In this document: in pieces, positions 1 through 13,300 of the stretch
How the letters are laid out: every line of letters starts with the position of its first letter
How positions within the stretch are numbered: the stretch's first letter is position 1
Source: Antedon mediterranea
Lineage: Eukaryota; Animalia; Echinodermata
Length of the DNA: 64,000 nucleotides
Direction: 5' to 3'
Assembly (NCBI RefSeq): GCF_964355755.1
Contig: NC_092671.1
Span: forward strand, 32,808,304-32,872,303
Program-made: the position numbers and the translations under genes
The notes under the pieces: model-generated
Database searches by the model: none
Told to the model about the DNA's origin: nothing
Seen by the model: the letters and a program-made list of their open reading frames with translations, nothing else

Positions 1-837
1 CCGCCACTGCCAAAATCGGTCCGGGCTTTTCTTCTGTCGATTTTAATTGAATTACTAGGCCTATGATGCTGTTTTAAATTGTTTATGGCTATAAAAATAT
101 CCCATGATATATATTAGTAAGTTATCTTGTCGGATAAATACTATAAATAAATGTATTTTATCTAAAAACATGACTTAGGTGTTCACTCATATTTTACGGC
201 CTGCCACACACTCACATGAACGGGTATGAGACGCTGATATTGCCAGCTAGATTTGATTTATGATTGAGGCCTTTTTCCTTCCTCAGCCTAATCAATATTG
301 GATAATTTTTTTCTAATAATTGTATTGAATTGATATATTGATTGATTAACCATGAATAATTAATAAATTAAATTGTTTTTAACATCATGGGGAAACGAAG
401 ATGTTAAAAAAGAACAAAATGGATTAAAAACAGGCAGAGATACATATTGTATACAAAAAGCCTAACAATTAGTACTTATTATTGATGAGTTACTACTAAT
501 AATGATAATAAAAAAAACAGGCTTAATTTATAATATTAAAATAACAAATAAAACCCCATAGTTTTCAATATAATGACTAATCATGGCCTTTTTTTTTAAT
601 GATATATACATTATGACTCATATTGCGCACCATATATTTGTAAGACCGGACCATATTTGGCGGCCAAAAACAGTCCTACTGCCCGGACCGATTTTATCCA
701 GGCCGGACCAGTTTTGGCGGCCAAAATTGGTCCGGCCGGACAGGTTTTGGCAGCCATAAATGGTCCCCCGGACTGATTTTGGCAGCCAAAACTGGTCCGC
801 CGGACCGATTTTGGCCCGGACTAATTTTGGCGTGACA
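1..837. mobile_element. Non-autonomous TIR DNA transposon (left arm cut by window edge), ...GTGACA terminus, possibly Ginger-like
   Basis: Array of CCGGACC(G/A)nTTTTGGC(G/A)GCCAAAA subterminal repeats at ~645-830 ending TTTTGGCGTGACA (837). The window start (GCCAAAATCGGTCCGGG) is the reverse complement of the same unit. Confidence 0.6.
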
Positions 838-1126
838 TGCCTATTATGACAAATAAGACGTCATAGCAACATTCCATTTCAGATGAACCACAATCATGTG
901 ACATGAATTACATTTTCAACTAAAGTGCTTGAATTGTAGTAAAAATGGGCGTGTTTTACGTGTGACGGATGCATCATATACCATAACCTAAGTCGTAATC
1001 TAACCTTCCACGATGCAGGCGCCACACAATGATCTGTATTATTATAGAATTATGCCTATGATACTGAACACATTATAGATACAGAATCGAGTGACATTGT
1101 GTGTGTGCGTGCAATTAATGCAAACA

Positions 1127-1240
1127 TTTTTAGCACGCGACTCTACAGCTTACTATGTCGGTCGGTCGGTTGGTCGGTCGGTTGGTAAACACAATCTCAA
1201 ATTTGACCACGCGACAGCAGCCATGTACATGGCCTTGTTT
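1127..1240 (+). mobile_element. Helentron-associated (HINE/DINE-1-like) short element, copy 1
   Basis: T-run start, CACGCGAC motif, (GGTC/GGTT)n microsatellite, 3' palindrome GCCATGTACATGGC followed by CTTGTT. Homologous copies at 6512-6836 and 24801-24888(-). Confidence 0.65.
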
Positions 1241-1338
1241 TAAGATCGCAAACGTCGAAATACTCTCATTTCAGAATTTTAATTAAAAGTAGGCCTAGGC
1301 CTATATAGATTAACTTTATTCGTATACTTTTTTACTAG

Positions 1339-4300
1339 TTTAAATACAGACTTTGTATGTCGCCGAGGACATTTGGGGACAATAATGTACACACCATACA
1401 AACGAGAAGGATGGAAAATGGCTGTGATGTTGTTCGGTGGCACGTATTACATAAGTGAAGTGATAACAGAAGAGAAAAAAGCTTATGAGGAAAACAGGAC
1501 GGACATTGAAAGAAGAATGGAGTATGTGGGATATAAGTTTGAGCAATGTATTACTAGTCGGGGTATGTAAAACCGGTTTTCCACTTGACAAATGAGTCAG
1601 CCGATTCTGCTACTGTCCATATATGTATGTTAAAAGTACAGTATTTATGCAGACAGCATACACTTTATATAGTTATACAGATACATACCTATTGACAGTA
1701 GCAGAATCGGGTCAATGAGTATTAATATTTTCATCTAATTTTTGTGAAAATTGAATTGAAAAGAAGGCTTTATGTCCACAGATTATTTATTCTATTTCTT
1801 CTTTTGTATTTTCTAACAAGTAAAAAGCTGATTTTCATAAAATACACCCGTTAAATTTGAAGAATGTTGGTTGGTGTTTTGCTATGTTAAATCCAAAAAA
1901 CGATAAGTGTTTCCCTTTGTTAAGAGAATTCTTAATGTATAAGGGTAAGTACTGTTTAGCCTAAGTGTGATTGGTGAATACGGTCACAGGGTCCACCACC
2001 TCGGTCTCAACTTGAACTTATAACCATGAGTCTGATTTGAGGAAGTGGAGTATATCATTCTCTATCGCTAGAGGTACTGTATTATATAGAAATCTTCTCG
2101 CCGCGCCTGAAAACGCATATTTTCAATATTCAATCAAAGCGTGTCATGGGAATTATGGGAGTGAATAGGCTTACGCGCCGCGTACGACGTGTGTTTCACT
2201 GTTTTTATTTCGCATTTAAAAGTTTTACTATAAGTTCAACACAGAGCCAGAGAGAAATCGAACATTTCTTTATAAAATAGTTATTTGATTACCTAAAAAA
2301 AACTAGAAATGGACAGCGATTGATATACTGCAGTCGTGGATATACGGTTTAGGGTGGTGTTTTCCATGCCAAAATGAATTTTTATGCTCGTACAAACTCT
2401 CTCGCCTATCCATCGTTTCCCTATTCTTTGGTCTTCACTTCCTTCCTCACTTAAAGACTCGTCTTTCCTCTCTGCTCTTTCTGTTTTCAGTTAAAACAAC
2501 ATTTTACTGATTATATACCATAATACGAATCCTGTATACATTTTATTTTACTAGTTCTATAATATGTTTTTAAATTTGTAAAAATGTATATTTTATATTG
2601 ATAAATAATTCTATGTAGTTAAGTGTTTCTGTGGCCCCAAACATATCATGTTATGGTGACTCTGTGTTGCTTTTGGGGTCACAGAACATTTTTATAACGT
2701 CGAATAAATAAATGAAATGAAAACAAGATTTCCTTGCGGAATTCAAAGAGGGCGGTGGTTCATTGCGTGCGCGCGCCAAGTGCGTGTTCTATCTACGCTA
2801 GCCTTAGCAACTTTTTGTAGCGACGGCCATGGAGATCGATTCATAGGCGCGGCGCGGCGCGCCTAGGCTACATGAACTTCAAAGGTAAGCATCGTTATAA
2901 CAAAATTATCCGTAATTTTACGTGTTTTTTATTGGTTATTTGGCAAATTTCTTACAAAATATGTGGTGATAGTGATTAATAAAGGTTCAATATTATATAC
3001 ACCTACTCAAATATTTTACACATCTAAGCCTACTAAAGATTACCGAAATTTTATAATTTATTTTATATTTAATAAAAATAAAATCCTAACCTACTAGCTA
3101 GGGCCTAGGCCTAGGCTTAGCCCTCTCTGTACTCTCTCATCTGTATTGTATGTAAACGATTCTTCTTGTGGCCCTGGGCGGGCCTAGGCATAGCTAGAGT
3201 AATCGAGTCTTTTTTTTTTGGTGGGGGGGGGGGGGGGGGGGGTGGGGGGCGGAGATTTGTACCGAAGTTTTTGCATTGTGCTCGCCTATGTCAGAATTAA
3301 CCATAATTTATATGTAGGCCTAGGGTAGGCCTAGGCCTAGATTGTTCTTATAGATTATGCCCGGACGAATAAGGAATTTATTTAAAAGGAGTGGTAAAAA
3401 ATGGTAATTTTACTAGTTATTTCACACATAAAAGTATGAAAGAAGTATCTAAAATGAAAATAAAAGAAACAATCATTAATCTGGTATAGGCCTAGACATT
3501 TTTAAATACTGGACGTTATTTACCAACAGGCACTCTCGTTTCAATACTTTCTTTAACAAGTATTTCCGATGTTGCTTCTGTTCCATAAAACCTGATAATG
3601 ATAACAATACAACTACAGGCTACCAGGTTTGGGTCAAGATACCATCGCATATCCGTGTTATCATTTTAAAACTGATATACGGCATTGCTTTTGACCCAAT
3701 CCAACGTGACTTCATTGGTTACAATCCAGACCCAACGTTGGACATCTCAATCAGGCAATACGCCAGAGCTCTGGTCATCTTGGACAACAGCTGTCTGAAC
3801 GATAACATCTCCAATGCCATGGGTATCACCAATTCAGAACCCGATCACATTGCCGCACTAAACATCATCAGAAAGTGTTTCAACATGGACGCAATCAACT
3901 CGGTTCCATCACTCATTCAACCACTTGTTGTTGTTAAAGGTCAGTTTGCCAACTCTGTGGTAAAGAATGTTGGTTCAGTCCATGCAAGAGTCATGTCATG
4001 AAAACACATTGTGCGATTGAAACCCACCAGATGTCCAGCGTGTCTATCAACAGCATCATTGCAAAATGGCTTCGAAGAAGACCTGAACGTGTCATCAGTA
4101 CCGAACCATTCCACTTGTGTTTAAATACCATGTCATACAAGGTACCCACCTGCATGGCATTATAATATTAACACATTATAAAACATGTATTTGATACGTT
4201 TACCGATGCATACTAATAAATATTTCTTTTGAAAAATAAAAGCTTCGTTTTATTTGAATCTCTTTATTACAGCACATGAATACGACACCGTTGGGAAATA

Positions 4301-7300
4301 CGGATAGTTCCCTAAAAACTAGACCAAAGCATGAACAAGTTAACAAGGTAATGTTCAAAACCACGTCTAATGAAACTGCTCTTTAGAATATCTGCACTGA
4401 TAACAGCAATGGATTTCTCTTTCAAACAATCAATCGATTAATGAACTAAATAGCTTACTAATTGTCTTGCTATAAACATTTGTGTTCTTTCTTTTTATAG
4501 GCACTTCAATTATGTTATCGATCGTTGTTCCTGCCATCCAGACCCGATACCACCCCTCCTTTATACACATCGGCCATCTACTACAACAACAAACTGGTTA
4601 TAAGCTTCTTGTTCAATCACTTGCAGTCTTCAGTGCATATCATCTTTGAAAGTGAACAAGCCCGATCAATCTTTGTAATGCTTGCCAGAATGTGGATGCT
4701 ATTTGCTGACAGCAATGGTGTTGGGAACCAAAGTGTGACAACATTAAATGAAACACCAGCATCTGATGCATACTGGTTGCTGTACCATATTTACCAAGCT
4801 CTGTGTGGTTGGATGCATCTCGTTATTCCCAACCTGAGCCGGCAAACTGCTGTAATGTCTCTCCTAGGTGAAGATAGTGACACTTCACGAGCTTTGTGCC
4901 TATCATATTCCGTCAGAAGTCATCATTACACCACCAGCTTTCAAAATGATGTATATGCCCCAGTTGTTGATACGGATGATTATGACACCACTTCGTCGAC
5001 TGCTTCATTCAACGGAGAATGGAAAAGTAATTTGTGCATTTATTACCACGACAAAGAAACATCCAAGTCTTCGTTATGCGTAGAGTGGCAGAATATATCG
5101 GTATCGTACCAAGGCCAGGGAATATTAACATCAGCATATAACTTCAGTCTGCCTGACCATCTTTCGATGTTAGATTCAATACTACCAACCGATCTTCCAA
5201 TATTATCAGTTGAAGATGTATACCCATTACCGGTAAACATTTTACATTTTCTTTCTTTTTTTGATATTTATTTATAAATCTAAATCTAAACCAAAAGTAA
5301 CCTCATTGTTTTTATTTCTCAGGTGACGCTTGGAAAAGGTTCGTACGGCGAAGTATCTTTATATCGAATGAATTCTTTAGATGGCCCTCTTGTTGCTGTG
5401 AAATCTTGCATGGCCCCAACGGACAAATCGAAGCAACCGATGTATGAGTTTTTAGTGACACTCGAAGCCGTGGACAAATGATGCTATCAAGGGACAGCAG
5501 ATTATTCCCATTCATTTATGGCATTTGCAAGAGAGGTTTATTTGAAAGAAGAAAGAAGATCGTCATCGAGTATGTGGGAGATCCAGCACGTCTCCAGTCT
5601 GTGACTCTATCTAAAGCCATCAAATTGCAAGACCCACAACTGAGTCTCATAGAAGGTCTCCACATAGCGGTAGATATAGCAGAGGGAGTTGGAATAATGC
5701 AAGCACACGGAATCATCCACAATGATCTAGCTACTAGGAACGTTCTTGTCCACCATAATGGTGACAGATGGGGTGCCAAAATTATTGACTTTGGCGCTGT
5801 CTGTAATGTGAACGCTTCATTCGACATGTTTCAGCTGAACAAAACCCCAGCTGCAAATAGAGAAAGTGCAACGTCTTCCCACAGAGAGCATGCACCGGAG
5901 CTTCATTTCCTGAATTCACCCCCGTCATTTAAATCAGACATTTATAGTCTTGGAATAATGTTCGTCGTCATGGGTACTATTTTATATATGAAACCTCTTC
6001 TTGAAATAGGCAAGCAGTGCACTGATCGTGATCCAGACCGCCGCCCTGCCATTAATGATATTGTTAGCATGTTGAAAAACAATATCAACACTTTGTAATT
6101 CACTCAGCTGTTCCATAAAGCAATTACATTATTTTAATAAAATGCAATCAATCTAATAATAATTTCAATTCAATAATAATTTTTACGAAATATCACAATG
6201 TACTTTTAAATTATTTACTTTCTACACATCATTAAAATGTATAATATTATCAGAAATTGGTTAAGCAAATAAATATATTATTTTTATAACTACTAATTAC
6301 ATGAATTAAATGGTTTTTATTTTGATTTTTTTTGTTGATCTCTACAAGCAATGCTGACATTTTATCAACCTATTTTTTAATTGTGTATTGTACTTCTTTA
6401 AAGCTGAACGACACTCTTGGTGGTTCAAAAATAGAACACCTCATAGGATCCTAAAGAGAAGCCTTATTTCACCATCTACATTTAAATCGAATGTTCATAG
6501 CCTAGTCATCATTTTTATACAGCTCACTATGTCGGTCGGTTGGTCGGTCGGTCGGAAACACTAACTTGAGCACGCATCTTTATATCTTTTTAGCTCTGTA
6601 ATATAAATTTTCACTGTATACATATTTGTTTTATTATATTTAGATTTCAACACAATATCAAAATATTTTCTATAATCTTTTTACTTCAGACTGTGCAATA
6701 TCCCTTATATATAGTTATTGATAGATAGATAATATAACCTGTATCATATTGTTGATCATTGCAATAAAAGTGGGTTGCCCCCACAAAAGAAAAAAAAAAT
6801 TGAGCACGCGACTGCAGCCATGTATATGGCCTTGTTGTTCTAAACATACGTGCTTTGTTGGATACTTGCTTACTTGCTGATTACGTTCCGCGAATTCGTA
6901 TGCCGGGTTATTCTTGGTTTTAAGACGACATTTGGCTATTATATGTGCCCTGCCCCTCCCGGTATTGGCTAAATTAATACAATGAATAATCAAATTGGTT
7001 TATGAGAGAAGTGTATTAAATTTTGAAAGCTAAAAAAACACAAAAAAAAGGAAATGTCTCGAAGCACTGAGAAAACAAAAAAGGCTAGGGTTACTGTGTT
7101 TTTTTAAAATATTAAAATGGTTTTTGTGTCAAGTATTAATTCAAACATGATGTTCATCATGGAATTTGTGATTGTGTTATTATTTGGGAGCTATTTTAGA
7201 GACAGGTAAATTACTATTTCTCTTTTGTTCTGCATAGAGTGAGGAAGTAAATCATTTTTCCGTTCAGTTTTGTATGGCATACACATTTAAGTTCAAACTG

Positions 7301-10300
7301 AAAACAATTCTAAATAAATGTTGAAAGCTTTAAAGAACAACTATAATGATATGTAAAAGTAAAAACAGTTATTTTAAAATTAATTTTAACGTGCGTTAAT
7401 AAAATGTCATCCTGACCGTAAGATTATTAACCAAGAAAGTTCATGTTCTTGTGGATCCAAAATGGTTTCTTCTATTTCAAAATCCAGTTACCGATTCACC
7501 AATGAGATATTTCCCTTAAATCCTAAGGATTTCCCTTAAATCAACGCTGGTCTAATAGTCAGCTCAACCATCTATTGGCTAATAAATGCCCAACCATGTT
7601 TAGGAAATGTGTTTATAAAATAGTTGGTTATTTTGAATGTTCCAACATTGGTTAATTTTTAATGCTCAACTATTGGATACAGTTTTACTATTCCAACATT
7701 GGGTAATTTCAAAGCTCAACTATTGGGTAATTTTCACAGTTATGTCTGTTAGCATTGTATACCAACGTTGGTAGTTTTATTTGCTCAACTTCTGGGTATT
7801 GTTAATTTACCATTTTATTGGTAAATGCTTCATATTGATTGTGAAATTGTTGCCTCTGGTTAAATTATTGAATAAAATGAAAACAACAAAAAACATTAAA
7901 CATTAAAATCTCTTAACACTTTTATTTAAAACAATATAGGCATAGACCTAACTGCCACCAGGCATGACACTGTTTTCACAAAAAGCAGTATGTTTTGATA
8001 CATGATTCACTATATTTAGAGGTTCATGATATAAAAAAAGCCACAATCTTGTATTTTTAATCAAAAAAATGTTTTGTACAGTATACATATTAAACCTTTT
8101 CAATAAAACCGCTGCAATGTAATGTTTTAAAATTAGATTTATTAAGACCATTAATTAACTATTGTGTCTAATACTGTCAATGGTAACTGGGTTATATGCC
8201 TAAATATGGAAATTTGGGTTATATCAAAATACACCATGTTTTTTTCCTTTTTCTGAATAGTGTAAATTCTGAAGCATAAACGAGTAAATTTCTAGTATTC
8301 TTTAACATGATAGGCCTTAAAAAGAAATAATGTTACATTAAATCGTTTTCCTGAAAGAGGTATTCACTTACAAGCATACAATTATTATGTTTTTTTTTTG
8401 TTAAACCACCAATAAAGTTCTTAAAACATATTTCTAATTCTAAACATATACACTTGTTTGAATTTCCTAGTCCTAAAGCCCTCAATGAGAAACTTTTAAC
8501 ATTATCTTTTGACTAGTTCAAATACAACTTTCAAAACTATTTGCACTTTTCTTGATATTTGCAATCAAGTTAAAATGAATTTTCAGATTTAATAAACAGA
8601 ACCAAAAAAAGTTAAAGCTTAAAAAAAAAATAGATTAATTAAGACCTTTAATGGTGGTTGTACAAAAAGTGTGATCATGATATATTCAATTAACTATTGT
8701 GTCTAATACTGTCAATGGTAACTAGGTTATATGCCTAAATATGGAAATTTGGGTTATATCAAAATACATGTTTTTTTCCCTTTTTATGGATAGTGTAAAT
8801 TTTGAAGTAAAAGAGAGCCAATTTAAGCAGACTTTTTTAATATTAAAAGTAAATATTTGTATAAAACATTTAACATGATAGGCCTAAAAAATTGTAAAAA
8901 ATATAATTACTATATTACATTAAATCAGTTTCCTGTTAAGGTATTGTGTTTTTTTTTATTAAACCACCATTAAAGTTCTTAAAACATATTTCTAATTCTT
9001 AAACATATCAAAAACAATTTGCTTCAGATTGTGGCTTTAAATTACTCATTTTTACAACACTTGTTTGAATTTCAAAAAAGTCCTAAAGCCCTCAAAGAGG
9101 AACTTTTAACATTATCTTTTGACTGCCTATAAATACAACTTTCAAAAAAACATATCAAAATTTGCTTTAGATTGTGGCTTTAAATTACTCATTTTTACAA
9201 CACTTGTTTGAATTTCAAATAAGCCCTAAAAGCCCTCAATGAGGAACTTTCAACCTTATCTTTTGACTGCTTATAAATGCAACTTTCAAAAAACTTCCAA
9301 ACCCATTTGCACTTAGCTTGATACTTGCAATCAAGCACAAAGTGTGCCTTGTAGCATACATCAACTGCTTTCAGCAGGGAAGGCTGCTTGATAATTTGTT
9401 TTTCATTTACCACAAAGTGCTCCGTACTTGTTAACTTATCAGCTCCAAGAGCCAATATGTAGGGCTGTGGGTGGGTGTGGTGGCTAACATTTTCCAAGTA
9501 TTGATCAATATTTATTATTTCCTGAAAAAACAAAAACATTTAACTATATAGTTAACTTTAATTAACTTCTTATATTCCAGACTTCAGTCCATAAAACAAA
9601 AATAATACAAATAGTAAGAGAAATACTTATTACAATATGAAATAATATAAATAAATTCAAATAATTTTTCCTAAATAAGAATAAAAGTTATGTACACGTC
9701 GTGAATCTATAAATGTTGTCAAGATGGAATCAACACCAGTCTGTATCTTGACAAACATTGGTGAGGCATCCAAGTTCAATCAATCTAGTATTTCGTTGAA
9801 ACTGTAGGAAAAGCATATTATTAAGGACGGTTATAATTGATTTTGTTTGTAATTCTGCTATAATTGTTGATATAAATAAAATGATAAACATACATGAAGA
9901 AATATGTGAGAATGTTGTTGTGCAACTATCTTGACTACATACAACAAAAGTTGAAGTGCCAGAATGAATTCCATGAATGTATTTTAGATGGTTAAATAGT
10001 TCTTTCACTCCACCAGGTATTAATTTTAAACATTTAAAACAAAGCATTTTAATTTTATCAGTTGAAAAAATGTCGAGTTAATGAAAGAAACAATCAAATG
10101 TTGCTTACATGCTTCCTTAGTCTTTCTGAAAATTTGGCTCTAATGCCGATCTTTGGTATGAGCGACACAATGTCTGACTCACTCAAGAGCTGCAAGGCTG
10201 CCATATCAACACCATTATCTGTCATGTAAAACAAAATCAGTTTATTCCTAATGTTCTATCTTTTGCATTGCAAATTTTCAAAAACTGCCATTGGCTCCAC

Positions 10301-13300
10301 CAAGGCCTATTAGGCCTAATTATGTATTATATTATTTCCATTTCATCTTGAAAACAAAATCATAAATATTAGTGTATAAATAACGTGTTGTGGCCTAGGG
10401 CTAATAACAACAATACCAATTTATTTTTAACTTAGGGACTAGGCGAGCCTATTATTATAGTCCTATATAATGAGGCTACCTGTAGGCCAGTTCCTAGCCT
10501 AGTCTATATAAAAAGGCTACCTGTAGGCTAGTTCCTCACCTAAAGAGGCTACCTGTAGGGTAGTTCCTAGCCTAGTCTTTAGTAAAGTAGTATTGTAATG
10601 TGGGGAAAAGAACAAACATACTCATATTCAATTCTCTTAATTATCGGTAATATTTGCTTGATCATAAAATAGATACTCTAAAACTTAAAAGTAATAAATA
10701 GTATTTCAAATAAACTATCCTCTGATTAATAATGGATCGGTCCATTTTAGAATCTGAGTTTTCATTTTTTTTTTTTTTGGAAAAAAATCTAATTTTCTAG
10801 ATATGAAATTTTTTAGAGTGTTTTAGGCCAGGCCAGGCTAATGTTGAATGTTGAGTTAACATTGCAGAGTAGTTCTGATGAGTGAATACAATTACAGGGC
10901 TTCCCCTTTTATGCCTAAAACGTTTTGTATTATTTTATTTTGTGTTCAACTTGCGCAGCACAATTTGAATTGCACAAGAAAATACTTCCTCATAACATAA
11001 TTTTGTTACAAAAATGTGTATGTATAATTTTCTCAATAAAATAATGATAAAAACCTCTGTCTGAGCATAGAGTTATAAATTAGATACCTTTATAAGTTGA
11101 TCTACGTAATTTTTAATTATTAATACATTATCGAGGTATGACACATTATTTATATTGGCCACACCACAATATGTGATGTGCAGTTACATCGATTTTGGTG
11201 GGTAGTAACAAAGTGCGAGGCAGCGAGGCACGCGAGGCAGGGAAGGCATGCGAGGCAAGTCAAAAATTTATGCGAGGCATCGTTTTACCATCATCAAAAA
11301 ATGCGAGGCATCGTTTTATCATTTCTCAAAATTGTAAGGCAGGAAATCACCGAAATTGAAGTAGCCTAGGCCTAGGCCCGCTAGGCTAGTTTCCTTTTGC
11401 ACCTGCCTTGTAATTTAACCAAGGCTTTATCCTAAATACCACAGCTTAGAATTATTAGGCCTACTTTAATGAAGAAAAATCACATAAAAGTAACAATAAA
11501 TCCATTAAATTGGTGATTTTACAGACGTTGTTTTTCTCGCATTTCGCACACTCAATGTTCAATATTTTGGTTTCTATGGAACGCCAAAAGAGCAAAATTA
11601 ATTAGAGGGCTAAAAACTCTGTGGAATCCATTTATATTTAACGCATTATTTGGTGAAAATCAAGTACAATTTCAATAGATTTTGTCACTGTCAGTAAGGA
11701 AAAATGTTACTGTTGATAATGTACACGGTTTCGTTAACCTTTTAAAGAATAAAATAGAAAAATTCATCATAATATCCTTAGTAGGATGTCCTAGGTCTAG
11801 ACTAGGTAGTGATGTTGATTTAGGATCGATTATTATTCTTTGAAAACAGAACAGTATCAGCAGTAACATATTACAACATTTTTATTGACAAATTAACAAA
11901 TATATTGAAATAAAACGTGTTTTTCACCAATAAATGTATGAGAAATTGACGCATTCCACTGAGTTTTAGTCCTCTATTATCGTTGCTCTTTTGGCGCTCC
12001 ATAGAAACAAAAATATTGAACATTGAATAAGTGAAATTCGCAAACAGTGTGCGAGAAACACGCCTGTAAAATCATTAATTTAAGGATTTATTTGTTACTT
12101 TTTATGTGATTCTTTCATTAAAGTACTCATGAGGTATACTTCTAAGGTGTGGTATTCACACGATAAAGTTAGTTATCAAATTTGGAGTAAAAATACAAGC
12201 GAAGGAAACTAGCGCCAGGTTTATTAGTACGTACATGGACAACAATAAATAAAAATCGTTCGTAATATACCTAGCTTACTAAAACAGGAATAGTGTATCA
12301 TTATTAAATATTACACCAATTATTATTTTATCAAAATTGATTAAATTATTTTCTACATAGGCCTCTTATCTAGGTTAGGGCTAAGCATATTAGCTAAAGT
12401 TTAATTTTAGGCCTAGTATTACAATTGTCGGACGTAAGTCTTTTTTCACACGCGCTCCAGAATTCTGTCGCAATTTTTTTCTTTGCGGCATGTTATTGGA
12501 TCGGCATATCAGTTACCTTTTATTCACCGCCAGTTATTGAACTTGTCCTGGCAATCGCTGTTCACCTTATTTGCGAGAGAGGTACACGTGTTGTTCCTAG
12601 AGAATGGAATGTCAAAAATGTCTTTGGCACGCCGCTCAGAGAGAAGTCTGTGCGTTGCTGCTGAAACCACGTGCTATAGGAGGGGAATGCACCACAATCC
12701 TCTGAGCTGAGGGCTGAATCATTCCGCTACCTGCTAAATAGTAAAGAGGGATTTTCCATCTCTCGGGTCTACCGGATCTAGGCGCAGGGGTGTGACAAAA
12801 TATTATTTTCACTCTGCTATGTTCGAGAGACATGTGAGTGAACACGCTCGAAATGCCAACAAACATTGCAGTCATTTGATGAGTGTGTCGCTATAACAAT
12901 TATTGTTTATCGAAAGTTGAAGACTGTCGTTCAGATTTTTGAACCGTAGTTTGGGCACTTTTGTAAAAGTAAAATTTGACACGATATGACTTGAATGAAA
13001 AAACAATCGTTACATAAAAATAAACAACATGATGAGTGTATACACGAATCTATTTAGATACGCTTGTATCGATTGATTATTAGGCCTATAATATAGCACA
13101 ATAGCACGTTAAGATATGCCTCGCACCTTTTTGAAATTGTAAACTATATGCCTCGCACTTTTGGAAATGATAAAATGATGCCTCGCACAAATATTTGGCA
13201 TGCCGCGCATGCCTCGCTTGCCTCGCTGCCTCGCACTTTGTCAACACTCGATTTTGGTCCCTCACTTTTCCCTCTACAGTAGGCCTAGGCCTATCCTGCC

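Noticed and set aside
3210-3250. Poly-T/poly-G run as a G-quadruplex element
   Set aside because: It is a simple homopolymer abutting a truncated Helitron fragment and may be a sequencing or assembly artefact.
12635-12885. Superficial U3 snoRNA/ribozyme resemblance (GAGAAGT, GAAACCACG, CTGAGC, TGATGA)
   Set aside because: Box A, C' and a terminal D box with closing stem are missing, and no convincing fold was found.
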